IMG/VR virus record: IMGVR_UViG_3300032053_013883
Coordinates: 1,326-65,325 of that record
Length of the DNA stretch: 64,000 nucleotides
DNA from: a virus
Taxonomy: Duplodnaviria; Caudoviricetes
Reading direction: 5' to 3' (one strand)
The position numbers and the translations under genes were made by a program. A model generated the notes under the pieces. That model had not been told where the DNA came from, searched no databases, and worked only from the letters and a program-made list of their open reading frames with translations. Positions 20,988-31,490 of the stretch are shown piece after piece; the first letter of the stretch is position 1, and the number at the start of each line of letters is the position of its first letter.

Positions 20988-21535
20988 TTCTTTTTTTCCT
21001 TAATTTTCCCAATCAAAATAAATGAATAATATAAAGCTACAGCAATTGCATCTGCTCGGTCAAAATTTTCAACTTTAAAATTTCCCTTTTTATTTTTCTC
21101 ATATGGAAACTTAATTCCCAAATGATGTTCAACAAGCTCAGGCATTTCTTCTTTTTTAGGAAATATTTTATTTAATTTTAACCCATGTCTTATTGACATT
21201 ATGTTACATAATGTAGGGGATTTACTATTATAGTCATAAGCACATAAACCAATCATACGATTAAAAGTTGTTAACATAATAATAGTATTTGCCGTAGAAG
21301 ATCCTGGCATAAATTTAACTATATCTTCTATAGCAATAAGATCTGGATTATATTTCGCAAAAATATCTAATACTTTATTTCTACTATCCAATAATTTTTC
21401 AAATATAGTTCCCTTTTTAAGTGGCTTAAAATAGCCGGAATCTATATATTCAATAGATTTTTTTTCTATATTAACATTTAATACTGCGAATCCTATTGTG
21501 GTACTAGAAACGTCAAACGAAAGAATGATTGCCAT
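20984..21535 (-). CDS. ruvC: RuvC-like Holliday junction resolvase
   Basis: ILSFDVSSTTIGFA, IAIED, DRADAIAVA. Start moved to ATG 21535 because the longer start lies inside a terminator. Confidence 0.85.
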   Translation of the reverse strand: MAIILSFDVSSTTIGFAVLNVNIEKKSIEYIDSGYFKPLKKGTIFEKLLDSRNKVLDIFAKYNPDLIAIEDIVKFMPGSSTANTIIMLTTFNRMIGLCAYDYNSKSPTLCNIMSIRHGLKLNKIFPKKEEMPELVEHHLGIKFPYEKNKKGNFKVENFDRADAIAVALYYSFILIGKIKEKKK

Positions 21536-21550
21536 ACAGTGGCATATAAC

Positions 21551-21585
21551 AAAAAAAAAGGACCTGACATTAATCAAGTCCTTTT
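21551..21585 (-). terminator. Intrinsic terminator after the SSB gene
   Basis: Minus strand GGACTTGA-TTAATG-TCAGGTCC followed by T9. Confidence 0.85.
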
Positions 21586-21606
21586 AATTGGTTTTAATCC
21601 AAACAA

Positions 21607-22359
21607 TTAGCTTGCATTAGCATCATAAGCTGGAAAATCTGGGCTATCATCCTCATCATCGCTCATAGATACTTGGGCTGGCGTATTATTTGTAACTTTT
21701 GGTGCTGCCGTTTTGCCAGCATTACCAGCATTACCAGCATTACCAGCATTACCATTAGCTGGAGCTACCACACCATTAAGATTTTCTAATCTACTAAGAA
21801 CAAATTCAACAGTAGGTGGCGTACATCTACGTTTCAGATCAATTAAATCGAATTCATCTTTTTTCTTTTGATCTTCAGCGGATAATGGTTCTTTTGAACA
21901 AACTTGAACTGTGTAGTATCCTGTGGCACCTCCTTTAGGATCTACTACAATGTCAATGTCATATTTAGCTGGATCGCCCCACTTAGCATTTTTTGCCCAT
22001 TTTCTTAGTTGTTGATATACAGCAAACCCAACATCTAAAATTTGAGTTTTGCCAGTATCACGATTTATTGCGCCAAAAAACCAACGAAGTTTGGCTGGAA
22101 ATTTTGGTTTGTTAGTTTCAGGATCAATAATATCACAAACCGGACAAGACCCATGTGCTGCTGAGCACATTATTTTAGTTCCAAATCCTTTATCGCCTTC
22201 TGCCTTATATTTATGAACAATATATTGGTGCGGGACAGTAACCAATCTAAGCTCATTAGTACCTTCTTTTAAACGAAAATATAAATCTTTATTATTCACT
22301 GTTTTTTTATTATCACCATAAACATCATCATTATAAGATACTTCTCCAAATGTATTCAT
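21607..22359 (-). CDS. Single-stranded DNA-binding protein (gp32-like)
   Basis: FRLKEGTNELRLV, C...CPVC, WGDP..YDI, acidic tail (DDEDDSPDFP); strong SD; next to recA. Confidence 0.75.
   Translation of the reverse strand: MNTFGEVSYNDDVYGDNKKTVNNKDLYFRLKEGTNELRLVTVPHQYIVHKYKAEGDKGFGTKIMCSAAHGSCPVCDIIDPETNKPKFPAKLRWFFGAINRDTGKTQILDVGFAVYQQLRKWAKNAKWGDPAKYDIDIVVDPKGGATGYYTVQVCSKEPLSAEDQKKKDEFDLIDLKRRCTPPTVEFVLSRLENLNGVVAPANGNAGNAGNAGNAGKTAAPKVTNNTPAQVSMSDDEDDSPDFPAYDANAS
21716..21753. repeat. 9-bp tandem repeat (about 4 copies) encoding (GNA)n in the SSB linker
   Basis: ccagcatta repeated in frame. Confidence 0.85.
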
Positions 22360-22456
22360 TTTAATCTCCTATTTGTACTTTCGTAACTATTTTTCTTTAA
22401 AAATCGTTATTTAACCTAAAGCATCAGTGCTGTACGGTTTTATTTTAACGAAAAAT

Positions 22457-22774
22457 TTATTTTGCCTTAAATACTAGGCTCCTTACGTAGCAAATTTTAT
22501 GCCACGGAATCATCACATCAATGATAGATTCTTTTTTAATTGTTGTCAACATCGTTGAAAAAGAAGTAATTATTTCGTCTTCGCTAGCTTCACAAAAGAA
22601 ACCTTTTGCGGAAATAAATCCATTTCCTTGTTCTGGTCTATCCAGAGTAATAAACCTTTTTATAACTTTAGTTTTACCTGTAGAATCTTCTACGGTAACT
22701 AAATATAATGGCTTATTGCTTGTTGAACTAATAGCTGGTATACCTGCTGGACTTACTGCAATATCATGCGACAT
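22457..22774 (-). CDS. Hypothetical protein
   Basis: 105 aa; overlaps the end of recA. Confidence 0.65.
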   Translation of the reverse strand: MSHDIAVSPAGIPAISSTSNKPLYLVTVEDSTGKTKVIKRFITLDRPEQGNGFISAKGFFCEASEDEIITSFSTMLTTIKKESIIDVMIPWHKICYVRSLVFKAK

Positions 22775-23966
22775 TTTTTACCTTCTTAATTTTTTTTGGT
22801 TTATCTTCAGAATCACTATCTAATTCATCACTAACTTTAGATAATAAAGATTTTGTTTTTAATGCCTCTTGCTCGGCTCTTTTATTATCTAATTTAGCCT
22901 CTCTTGCTTCATTAATTTTTAAAACTAATTCTTGTGCCAAGACATTATCTTCTTTAATTGCTGTACAAAATTTTGGAAAACCAACCCATGTTTTATCACC
23001 ATAATCATGAGAAACGGTAGATGATTTTGTAACAACATTATAATCTAAAGCTAACTGAGCAATTTCTTCATGCTTATCTATAACGCCTATTCCAAAATTA
23101 ATTTTAAATTCACATTTGCGTGGCCAAGGACCAAACTTACTTTTCTCTATTGTTGCTCTTAATGGATGTCCAACTTTATTTTCTTTTTCATCAACAATCA
23201 TTGCATCTTTTCTTTGCACTGCTTCAAAATAAATATTTGCACTTAAAAAGTGTGAATATGTATTTCCTCCAGAGAAAGTATGATCTGCTCCATATGGATC
23301 CATATTGTCTCTTTTATGATTAATAATGATAAAAGGAACTTTAGCTTTATTTAATTCAAGTGAAAGCTTTCTAAATGTTGTTGTTAAAAATCTAGCTAAC
23401 AATGCCATATTCATTTTACCAATAGCAGAAGTATCTTCGCCTGGCGGAATAATAGCCCCTAATGAGTCTAATACAATTAGATTAATATTGAATTCTCCAG
23501 AATTAATTTTATCCAGTAAACCTTCTTTAGATTTGCCGGCAAACAAATGCGTTTTTTTATCTTCTTTAGGAACGCCTAAAAGCATTTCAAAACATTTTCG
23601 ACCATTTACGGCGGTATCTTTTTCAACAAGAATAACCTTACTAGTATCTACTCCTAAGATTTCTGCCCAACCAGGATCAAATGTGCCTTCAGCATCAATA
23701 AAAACTTGCTGAGCTTCTGGGTCATCTTTTTGTGCTTCCATCATAGCAATCATGGCTAATAATGTTTTGCCAGAACCGGCAGCGCCATAATATTGAATTA
23801 ATCTTCCTTTTGGAAGTCCTCCAGAAGATAATACGTCATCTAATGCTAAAGAGCCAGTTGAAATTACTGGCACCTTTTCACTTACAGTTTCGTGCGCCAT
23901 TTTATAATCTAATTCGCCTTCTGAATCTGCAAAACTTTTAAAAAATGCATCTAATTTATTACTCAT
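22764..23966 (-). CDS. recA: RecA/UvsX recombinase
   Basis: ISTGSLALD, GGLPKGR, GAAGSGKT, FIDAE, IVLDS. Confidence 0.95.
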   Translation of the reverse strand: MSNKLDAFFKSFADSEGELDYKMAHETVSEKVPVISTGSLALDDVLSSGGLPKGRLIQYYGAAGSGKTLLAMIAMMEAQKDDPEAQQVFIDAEGTFDPGWAEILGVDTSKVILVEKDTAVNGRKCFEMLLGVPKEDKKTHLFAGKSKEGLLDKINSGEFNINLIVLDSLGAIIPPGEDTSAIGKMNMALLARFLTTTFRKLSLELNKAKVPFIIINHKRDNMDPYGADHTFSGGNTYSHFLSANIYFEAVQRKDAMIVDEKENKVGHPLRATIEKSKFGPWPRKCEFKINFGIGVIDKHEEIAQLALDYNVVTKSSTVSHDYGDKTWVGFPKFCTAIKEDNVLAQELVLKINEAREAKLDNKRAEQEALKTKSLLSKVSDELDSDSEDKPKKIKKVKNVA

Positions 23967-23978
23967 CTTTTCTCCTAT

Positions 23979-24491
23979 TTAATCCCAACCTTCGGGCATT
24001 TTTTCTTGAGATGTTGTTGTGTTATTATAACCTAGTACCGTTTTTCTTAAGCCCATCGCAATATCTTTGTAATGATGATGGCTTTTTATTAAAATATCGT
24101 ACTTTTTTTCTAAAACAGATTTACTGCCTTTTGCTCTGGCTAATTTGATTTGAATATCTTCTACTTCAGAAGAGGCTGAGCCTGCCCAAATTTTCATATC
24201 AGTTGTCGTTTTACTTCCGTCTGGAGCTTTATATTCCAGAGACACTTTATTTTTTAAAGTGTTTATTTTACCTTCTAAATAACTTACAGTTTTTACTATT
24301 TTACCAAGATACTCTGTCAAAACATCTGCGCCTCTTAATGCTTGCTGTTGTAAGAGTTCAGCATGAGATAAATCAATCGCATCAGTATTTTGAAGCCTAT
24401 CTAATACTAATTTGATTTCAGTTAAATCAAAACTTAAAAAATCATCCTCCAAATCATCACCTATATAATCTCTCAGAGTAGTCTTATTCAT
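23979..24491 (-). CDS. Helical protein, putative UvsY-like recombination mediator
   Basis: Long amphipathic helices; immediately upstream of recA. Confidence 0.5.
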   Translation of the reverse strand: MNKTTLRDYIGDDLEDDFLSFDLTEIKLVLDRLQNTDAIDLSHAELLQQQALRGADVLTEYLGKIVKTVSYLEGKINTLKNKVSLEYKAPDGSKTTTDMKIWAGSASSEVEDIQIKLARAKGSKSVLEKKYDILIKSHHHYKDIAMGLRKTVLGYNNTTTSQEKMPEGWD

Positions 24492-24578
24492 CTTTCCTAC
24501 ACTCCTTTAATAATTAATAACGAACTTTTTCTCTACAAACTAATTAATATAAAATTAAAATTTATTACTTATTACTTA

Positions 24579-24905
24579 TTACTTATTTTCTGACAATTTT
24601 TGAATTTTAGCATCTAACTCTGCTAATTTATTCTTAATTTGCACTACGGCATCATCAATTTGATTATGCATTAATCTCATATGTTGCTGCTCAAGCACAG
24701 CCATTAAAAATAAAAATACTTCAAAAGTTGTATGTTTTTTACTTGGCGGTTTAAGAAAAACTATAATTCCATTATTATCAGATTCAAATAAATCATCAAA
24801 TAAACCGGCGCCGCCATAAGCACTATATGATAAACATATTTTATTATATAATGTCCATTCATCATCTGTTAAGTCAACTTTACGACTTGCTATGATTCTA
24901 ATCAT
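24579..24905 (-). CDS. Hypothetical protein
   Basis: 108 aa; SD AAGGT. Confidence 0.65.
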   Translation of the reverse strand: MIRIIASRKVDLTDDEWTLYNKICLSYSAYGGAGLFDDLFESDNNGIIVFLKPPSKKHTTFEVFLFLMAVLEQQHMRLMHNQIDDAVVQIKNKLAELDAKIQKLSENK

Positions 24906-24933
24906 TAATTACCTTTAAATAGGTTAAAATAAA

Positions 24934-25695
24934 TTAGCTCCTAGAAAATGAGCCCTTACCACTTGCAGAATTTCTTCTTGCGGCTGAAGCTCCTGTTTGC
25001 AATTTTCTTAATGTTTCTAAATCTTTAGAACTTGCATTACTACCATTTCCTTTAAATTTATTTACCATGGCGGCAGCAACATTATCATGAACATCATCCT
25101 CGCCATCAGGTTCAGGCATTAATGCCGACGTTACATTATCACCAGATAACATTGATTGCATTTCGGCAACCGCTTCTGGGTCTGCATTCTCTAACATGTC
25201 AGCAGAGATTAATACGCCAGCTGCGCCACTTCCAGTTGCCATTGGGGCGCCCTTTCTTTTAATTTCTTTAACAATACCTTGTAAATGAGCAGTCTTATTT
25301 ACTGCTTTACTAACTTCCGCTCTTTTTAAAAATTCATTTGTAATTTCTTGATCTTGTTGACCCAAGACAACAGAGCCGCCATCACCGTCTATATCGTCGC
25401 CATCTTCCTCGTTAATTTCTCTAATAACTTTTTTTGGCTTTATAATATTTTGTTTTGGAACATATGAGGCTAATTGTGGAGAATTTGTTTTAATATAATT
25501 AAAATTAGATAGCATCCAATCATCTAATTGTTCTGGAAAACTTTCACTAAAAATCTCCATTGTTCCTCTTAATGAAGATAATAAATTTTTTAATTCTTCA
25601 AGCATAATTGAGGAGCCGCAAGATGGGCATATATTATTTTCAATTGCATGCTTCCATTTTGGATTAATTTCTGCTTCGCATGACATACAGCGCAT
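24934..25695 (-). CDS. Hypothetical protein with N-terminal zinc ribbon
   Basis: CMSC...CPSCG; SD AGGAG. Confidence 0.65.
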   Translation of the reverse strand: MRCMSCEAEINPKWKHAIENNICPSCGSSIMLEELKNLLSSLRGTMEIFSESFPEQLDDWMLSNFNYIKTNSPQLASYVPKQNIIKPKKVIREINEEDGDDIDGDGGSVVLGQQDQEITNEFLKRAEVSKAVNKTAHLQGIVKEIKRKGAPMATGSGAAGVLISADMLENADPEAVAEMQSMLSGDNVTSALMPEPDGEDDVHDNVAAAMVNKFKGNGSNASSKDLETLRKLQTGASAARRNSASGKGSFSRS

Positions 25696-25713
25696 TTAAA
25701 CTCCTTTTCATTA

Positions 25714-26094
25714 TTAACTCACTCTTCTAAAAGAATTATCTTTAGCATTTCTTTGGGCAATTTTAATATTTTGAGTCGCCGCTTTAGCCTCAATATATTT
25801 TTTCATATTTTCATTTATTCTATTTATTGATTTTTTCATATTTGCAGGCATACTATCTATAACACTATTTACCTTTTCTTTTAACCTAAGATAAACTGTT
25901 GGATTAGTATACCCTTGATTATGATCAATATAAAAAAATCCCAATGAAGTTAATAATATATTATCTCTTTTTTCCATTGCAAAATCGACTAATTTTTTAA
26001 GTCTAACTTCCCATGATTGTAATGGTTCATCATTTTCATGATTTTTATTAAGCTCAGAAATTTTACCTCTATCAGAATAAGATTTAACGACCAT
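25714..26094 (-). CDS. Hypothetical protein
   Basis: 126 aa ORF in the operon. Confidence 0.6.
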   Translation of the reverse strand: MVVKSYSDRGKISELNKNHENDEPLQSWEVRLKKLVDFAMEKRDNILLTSLGFFYIDHNQGYTNPTVYLRLKEKVNSVIDSMPANMKKSINRINENMKKYIEAKAATQNIKIAQRNAKDNSFRRVS

Positions 26095-26134
26095 TCTTTT
26101 TTCCTATTTTTTTAGATTTTGCACCGGTTTCTTT

Positions 26135-26986
26135 TTACTTACTGCTTTTTTTTGGAGCATTCTTTACTTTAGGAAAAATATTTTTATTATCTTTTTTCAG
26201 ACGAGGCTTTAATAATAATCTCTTAAAAGCTAAAAACGTATCTCTATTCATTGTAAGAAATTCTTTTTCTTGAGCAACAATTGAATTAAGATCATCATTC
26301 AATAATTCAGCGTCAATCATTTGATCAACAACTTCACAAACTTCTTCTATTGAAGGATTATCAGAATATTTAGGGAATTTTGTTAAACAAGAAACATCAT
26401 CAGCATCATCAACAAAAGAATCTGACAATTTATCATCAAGAGATTCCATATCTGTAACAATTTTATTTAATGATTCTTTTAATGATGAAGACGTAATCTC
26501 TTTATCAATTGCAAAAGTCCCACCAGTTGAGCCAGCTATAGTTAAACCTGTAACACCTATAGGTTTGGTTGCCCTGGGCGGGTCCATATTTTTAGAATTA
26601 TGCGATACTAGTTTTTCAGCAGTACTTTCTAAGTAAGATTTAGAAGTTTTAACAGAATCATTATTAAACCCGCTTGATGTTACTGTTGATACCGATCTTT
26701 TAAAACCATGAACATCATTATAATATATTGTTTTAGGAATAAGCTTAGCTGCTTCTGGGCTAATATAATTATTAGAATTAAAAAGCGTTTCTAATTTATC
26801 TTTTAGTACATTATGATAATTATTTGAATCAATTCCTTGAATATCAATTAAATGCTTCATAAAATTTTTAAGTGGCTCAACATAGAATAACGCCATAGAT
26901 GTGCCTATGCCAATATATTTAGGAAGCAACTCAGCTTTAACTTTTTTAAACGTTTCGGTTTCTTTTAATAATTGTAAGAATGACAT
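26135..26986 (-). CDS. Hypothetical protein
   Basis: 283 aa; TAATG overlap. Confidence 0.6.
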   Translation of the reverse strand: MSFLQLLKETETFKKVKAELLPKYIGIGTSMALFYVEPLKNFMKHLIDIQGIDSNNYHNVLKDKLETLFNSNNYISPEAAKLIPKTIYYNDVHGFKRSVSTVTSSGFNNDSVKTSKSYLESTAEKLVSHNSKNMDPPRATKPIGVTGLTIAGSTGGTFAIDKEITSSSLKESLNKIVTDMESLDDKLSDSFVDDADDVSCLTKFPKYSDNPSIEEVCEVVDQMIDAELLNDDLNSIVAQEKEFLTMNRDTFLAFKRLLLKPRLKKDNKNIFPKVKNAPKKSSK

Positions 26987-27777
26987 TATTTCTTCCTCTT
27001 CACTTTATTGCCTCTAGATTTTAAATCCGATTGTTCTAATTCTTTTTGAGTTGGAACAAAACATCCCGTTGGACCAGATGGAAAAGATATAGTTGTTGGA
27101 TTGGAAACTTGGAGACTACTGCTAGTAAAAGATTCAGATTCATTAAATGATAAATTAGACATTCTGGCATCAGAAATAGCAGATAAATTAGTATCTATTT
27201 CAGTAATAAAAGATGCATTAGTACTCATTGAGGTTAGCGTGCTTTTATCATAAGGAACAACAGTTCCTAAATTATTTGGATTTACAAAATTTGAAGACAT
27301 AGAATCAAAAGTAGGATCATCATTTCTTTTAACTGTTAAATTTTCATCATTAAAAGTTGATAATTTATCAGCACTAACTAAGAACATGCTAGCCGCAGGT
27401 TTTTCTGCTTTTGCTAGAAAGCCATTAAAATGATTATTAATTTCCTCTTTAGACGGTTTATTTTTTGAATATTTTAAAGAATCATCTGCCGCATTTGAAT
27501 TAATTTTCAAATTAAAATTTGAAAGTATATATGCAGCAAAATCTTCAACAGTAGAATTGTTTTTACTATATTCTACTGTTTTCTTTAAAAAATGAGACAT
27601 TACATTATTAGGATGAGATTGTGAATTATTATCCATTATAGCTTCCTCTTCTACTAAAATTGTTCCAGAAGACGATTGTATAGCCCCAGGCAACTCTCCT
27701 GCCTTAAACCATCTATAGCCAGTTATGTAGGAAATTGAGTTTCTTTTGCAATATTCGCTTAATTTTATTTTTGACAT
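26986..27777 (-). CDS. Protein with N-terminal IS607-TnpA/MerR-like winged HTH, no resolvase domain
   Basis: KLSEYCKRNSISYITGYRWFKAGELPGAIQSSSGTILV followed by a Ser-rich low-complexity region. Confidence 0.7.
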   Translation of the reverse strand: MSKIKLSEYCKRNSISYITGYRWFKAGELPGAIQSSSGTILVEEEAIMDNNSQSHPNNVMSHFLKKTVEYSKNNSTVEDFAAYILSNFNLKINSNAADDSLKYSKNKPSKEEINNHFNGFLAKAEKPAASMFLVSADKLSTFNDENLTVKRNDDPTFDSMSSNFVNPNNLGTVVPYDKSTLTSMSTNASFITEIDTNLSAISDARMSNLSFNESESFTSSSLQVSNPTTISFPSGPTGCFVPTQKELEQSDLKSRGNKVKRKK

Positions 27778-27866
27778 TTAAGTGCCTTCTTACTTTTTAT
27801 ATCTTCTTATTGATAGATTTAGATATTTTTGATAATATCTTGAAAGATTTGTGATAACAACAGGGT

Positions 27867-30800
27867 TTAATCTTCAATATCATTATTAAAATCGATTAAT
27901 CCTTCATCATAAAGTTCATCTTCTAATTGTTGTTCCAAATCTTTTGGATTTGTAGGAAGTTTTTCTAATTCATCTGATTTTTTAACTTTTTTTAGAGATA
28001 CCTTTTTAGACTTTAAGTCTTCTGGAACTGGAGGCGGGGGTGAAAAGTTATATAACTGGTCTAAAATGATTCCTATATCATCTTCATAACTATTTGTATT
28101 TCCAGAAAAATGAAGAGCACACCCAATATCAAAAACATATTTCTTACGAATTTCTTTAATTCTATCTTGAATATATTGCCATTTATCTGGAAAAATAGTT
28201 AATGTGCAGCTGTCGCCATTTTTATCTTCAAAAACAGCTTTAATCATTGATTGCCCATAATATTTACTACCTTCTTTTTTAACTTTGAATTCAAAATAAT
28301 CTTTGATTATTCCTTTAATAGATTTAACATTTGTTTTATTTTTAAGCTTCTTACATTCTGCAATAGACGTATCTTCTCCATTTTTAAAGAAATTAGTATA
28401 TGCTTCATGTGGCTTACATATAAATGAATCTCCTAAATAATAATTTTCTAAAGCAAATATTTCTGAAACATTCCATTCCGGTTCATTTGTCCATGGATAA
28501 GTAAATACTTCTGTTTTGGGATCATGTTTCTTAAGCCACGTTTGCAATTTTTTTCTATAATCAGAACAATATAAATACATTAATTTTCTAGAAATATTAA
28601 ACGAATCTAAACAGCCACTTGCTGCCAAGGCTTGAATTGCGTTTGCTCTTAACGCTTTAGTTTCGCACCTCACCATAAAATCAAAAAAATCAGTAAATGG
28701 TCTTTTTTCTAAAATTTCTTGAATAGCCTCTTCGCCAACAAATTTTAATGAATCTAATCCTGTTATTAATTTATTATCTATAATATTATAATCTAACCCA
28801 GATTTATTTATATCTGGTGGAATAATTTTAATTTTATGCTTTTTTATTTCTCTCTTAATTTTTTCTATATTAGATTTGGCATCGGGAGTATTAGAATTAA
28901 CTTCAGCCATTAAATTAGCAAGAAGAAACTCAACGGGAAAATGAGCTTTTAAATATGCAGTTTCATATCCAATCATAGAATATAAAACAGCATGACTTGC
29001 GTTGAAACCATATCCACTAAAAAGTTCAATAACTTCATCCCAAATTCTTTTAGCGATTTCTTCATTGATACCATTTTTTACAGCATCACTAATAAACTCA
29101 GATCTCCATTGAAGAGCCTTTTTTGGATTTTTACCCTTTTCTTTAGTTAATTTGCGCAAACGATCGGCAGAATGAAGGCTCCATCCAGCAATATCTTGAG
29201 CTAAATACATTAAACACTCTTCATATAAACCAAAACCATATGTACTATTAAATGCCCTCTCAAGCTTTGGATGAAGCAAAGACATTTTCTTTTTACCATC
29301 TCTAGTTAAAATAAAATCATTTCTCATATCTCTAGCTGATGGTCTTGCTAATGCATTAATGTTGGCAAGATCATTAATGCTTCCAGGTTTAATTCTTTTA
29401 CACAAATCTACTGTTCCAGCACTTGTGCCTAATTGAAATACACAAAAGGTATCGCCACTAGTAATTAGATTATAAGCCGCCTTATCTTCATCATCATAAT
29501 TCAATGGAATTGATGGAATTTCTTTTCCCTTTTCTTTTATAATTCTATAAGTATCGCCAATAATATCTAAAGTAGCTAATCCCAGCGTATCCATTTTTAT
29601 TAAACCATTTTCCTCGGCTCTTTCTTTATCATATTCAAGGGCAAGTGCCCCATCTTTATCTTTTCTAAGGGGAATGAGTCCAGTAAGTGGTCTCGCAGAA
29701 ATAACAATGCCACCAGCATGAGTGGACCAAGCTCTATATTTTCCACAAATATCTGCAAACTTTGCAAACTCTGGATACTTCTTTGCATATTCAGCGAACA
29801 AAGGAACTTTTTGCAAAGCATCATGAATAGAATGAATTTCAGCCGGGATGCACCCAGCAACATCATTTCCCAATTTAACGGCTGCTTCTCTAGAGCCTCC
29901 AAGCTCAAAAGATCTTGCAATATCTCTAACATATACTTTTGGCGTAATTGTATTAACATTGCTTACGTGAGCAACATGATCTTCACCATATTTGATTCGC
30001 AAATATTGTTGTACTTTAGCTCGCCCTGACGGCGCGAAATCGGTATCAATATCTGGAAAGCTTGATTTTTCTTTATTATGAAATCTTGCAAAAATAAGAT
30101 TATATTTAATTGGATCCGCCTCATGAATGCCTAATAAAAATGCAATCAAAGATCCTCCAACACTTCCACGACCAGGACCCACAGCAATATCATTTTTTCT
30201 TGCCCAATTAATATAATCTGCTACAATTAACATGTAACTTGAAAACCCATGATATTCTAATACGTCTAATTCTTCATCAATTCTTGCATAATAATCTGGC
30301 AGTTTATCAGAAGATATATTTTTGATACGAACATCAAAATTTATAAAACATTGATATCTAAGATATCTTTTATCTTCATCTAATAATTGAATATTTACTA
30401 ATTGTTTATTAGACCAATCTAAAAATTCTTTATAACATGGTTCATCTTTAACTGGAAAGATTGGCAATTCTTTTCCAGAAGGATTAGAAAATTTAGGATC
30501 AACCCAATCTGGCTGTTCACACATGTTTGCAATATGCAAAGTATTATCACAAAGTTCTTGTGCAAAATCTTCGCCATAATTTCTTGTAAAGAAATTCTTT
30601 ACCTCTTCACCAGTTTTTAGGTAAAAATCTACAACGGGATATCTCAATCTAAAATTAGAAAAAATATTTTGTTGAGATCCAATTGTAAGTAAAACATCAT
30701 GAGTATCATGTTGAGATTTTTCAACATAATGTGTATTACATGTTGCAATAACTTTTACATTGTATTTTTTACCAAGATTAATTATCTGTCTATTAATAAA

Positions 30801-31382
30801 AGACTGCTCAATCTCATCATTATAAAATGATGAATTTCTTTTCATATTATTAGCTTGAACTTCAAGTGCTAAATTGGCGCCATATATTTCTATAAGTTTT
30901 TCTACAATTTTATTTGCCTCATCAAATTTCTTATTCATTAATGGTTGGGCAACAATACCATTTCCACAAGCAGTTAAACAAATAACTCCTTCGGCATATT
31001 TTTCTAATAAATTCCAATCAATAATTGAATAAACTCTTTTTCCAGAAAAGAATTTTTGGTCAAATCCTAATTTATTGAGGGTTAAAATATTTTTATATCC
31101 TATAGCATTTTTTGCTATAAGAACAATGTGTCTAAATTTTTCATCTTTATTAGGTGTTTTATAATCATTAACAAAATAAAATTCACATCCAACAATTAAT
31201 TTAACACCAGATTCTTTGGACGCTTTTAAAGCGTCCCAAATTCCTGCGAATGTTCCATGATCAGTAATAGCTAGGGCTGTCTGACCAAGCTCTTTTGCTT
31301 TGGTAAATAATTCTTTTGGAGTTGAAAGTGCATCTAAAATAGAAAATTGTGTTTGATTATGCAAACTTACAAAATCGGTCAT
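27867..31382 (-). CDS. dnaE: DNA polymerase III alpha subunit
   Basis: PHP domain (LH..T.FSILD, AITDHG), GPGRGS, PDIDTDF, STHAGG, KMDTLGL, YGFNASHA. Confidence 0.97.
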   Translation of the reverse strand: MTDFVSLHNQTQFSILDALSTPKELFTKAKELGQTALAITDHGTFAGIWDALKASKESGVKLIVGCEFYFVNDYKTPNKDEKFRHIVLIAKNAIGYKNILTLNKLGFDQKFFSGKRVYSIIDWNLLEKYAEGVICLTACGNGIVAQPLMNKKFDEANKIVEKLIEIYGANLALEVQANNMKRNSSFYNDEIEQSFINRQIINLGKKYNVKVIATCNTHYVEKSQHDTHDVLLTIGSQQNIFSNFRLRYPVVDFYLKTGEEVKNFFTRNYGEDFAQELCDNTLHIANMCEQPDWVDPKFSNPSGKELPIFPVKDEPCYKEFLDWSNKQLVNIQLLDEDKRYLRYQCFINFDVRIKNISSDKLPDYYARIDEELDVLEYHGFSSYMLIVADYINWARKNDIAVGPGRGSVGGSLIAFLLGIHEADPIKYNLIFARFHNKEKSSFPDIDTDFAPSGRAKVQQYLRIKYGEDHVAHVSNVNTITPKVYVRDIARSFELGGSREAAVKLGNDVAGCIPAEIHSIHDALQKVPLFAEYAKKYPEFAKFADICGKYRAWSTHAGGIVISARPLTGLIPLRKDKDGALALEYDKERAEENGLIKMDTLGLATLDIIGDTYRIIKEKGKEIPSIPLNYDDEDKAAYNLITSGDTFCVFQLGTSAGTVDLCKRIKPGSINDLANINALARPSARDMRNDFILTRDGKKKMSLLHPKLERAFNSTYGFGLYEECLMYLAQDIAGWSLHSADRLRKLTKEKGKNPKKALQWRSEFISDAVKNGINEEIAKRIWDEVIELFSGYGFNASHAVLYSMIGYETAYLKAHFPVEFLLANLMAEVNSNTPDAKSNIEKIKREIKKHKIKIIPPDINKSGLDYNIIDNKLITGLDSLKFVGEEAIQEILEKRPFTDFFDFMVRCETKALRANAIQALAASGCLDSFNISRKLMYLYCSDYRKKLQTWLKKHDPKTEVFTYPWTNEPEWNVSEIFALENYYLGDSFICKPHEAYTNFFKNGEDTSIAECKKLKNKTNVKSIKGIIKDYFEFKVKKEGSKYYGQSMIKAVFEDKNGDSCTLTIFPDKWQYIQDRIKEIRKKYVFDIGCALHFSGNTNSYEDDIGIILDQLYNFSPPPPVPEDLKSKKVSLKKVKKSDELEKLPTNPKDLEQQLEDELYDEGLIDFNNDIED

Positions 31383-31490
31383 GGCTTCCTTATTGTATTT
31401 TAATATAAATAACGAGCTTATAAGTTAAAGCTAGCTAAAGTTAACTTGTAACTTTAGGTTATTTTATCAGGGAATACGGCTAAATGTTAT

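Noticed and set aside
26986-27777. IS607 insertion sequence
   Set aside because: Only the HTH is present; there is no recombinase domain or tnpB.
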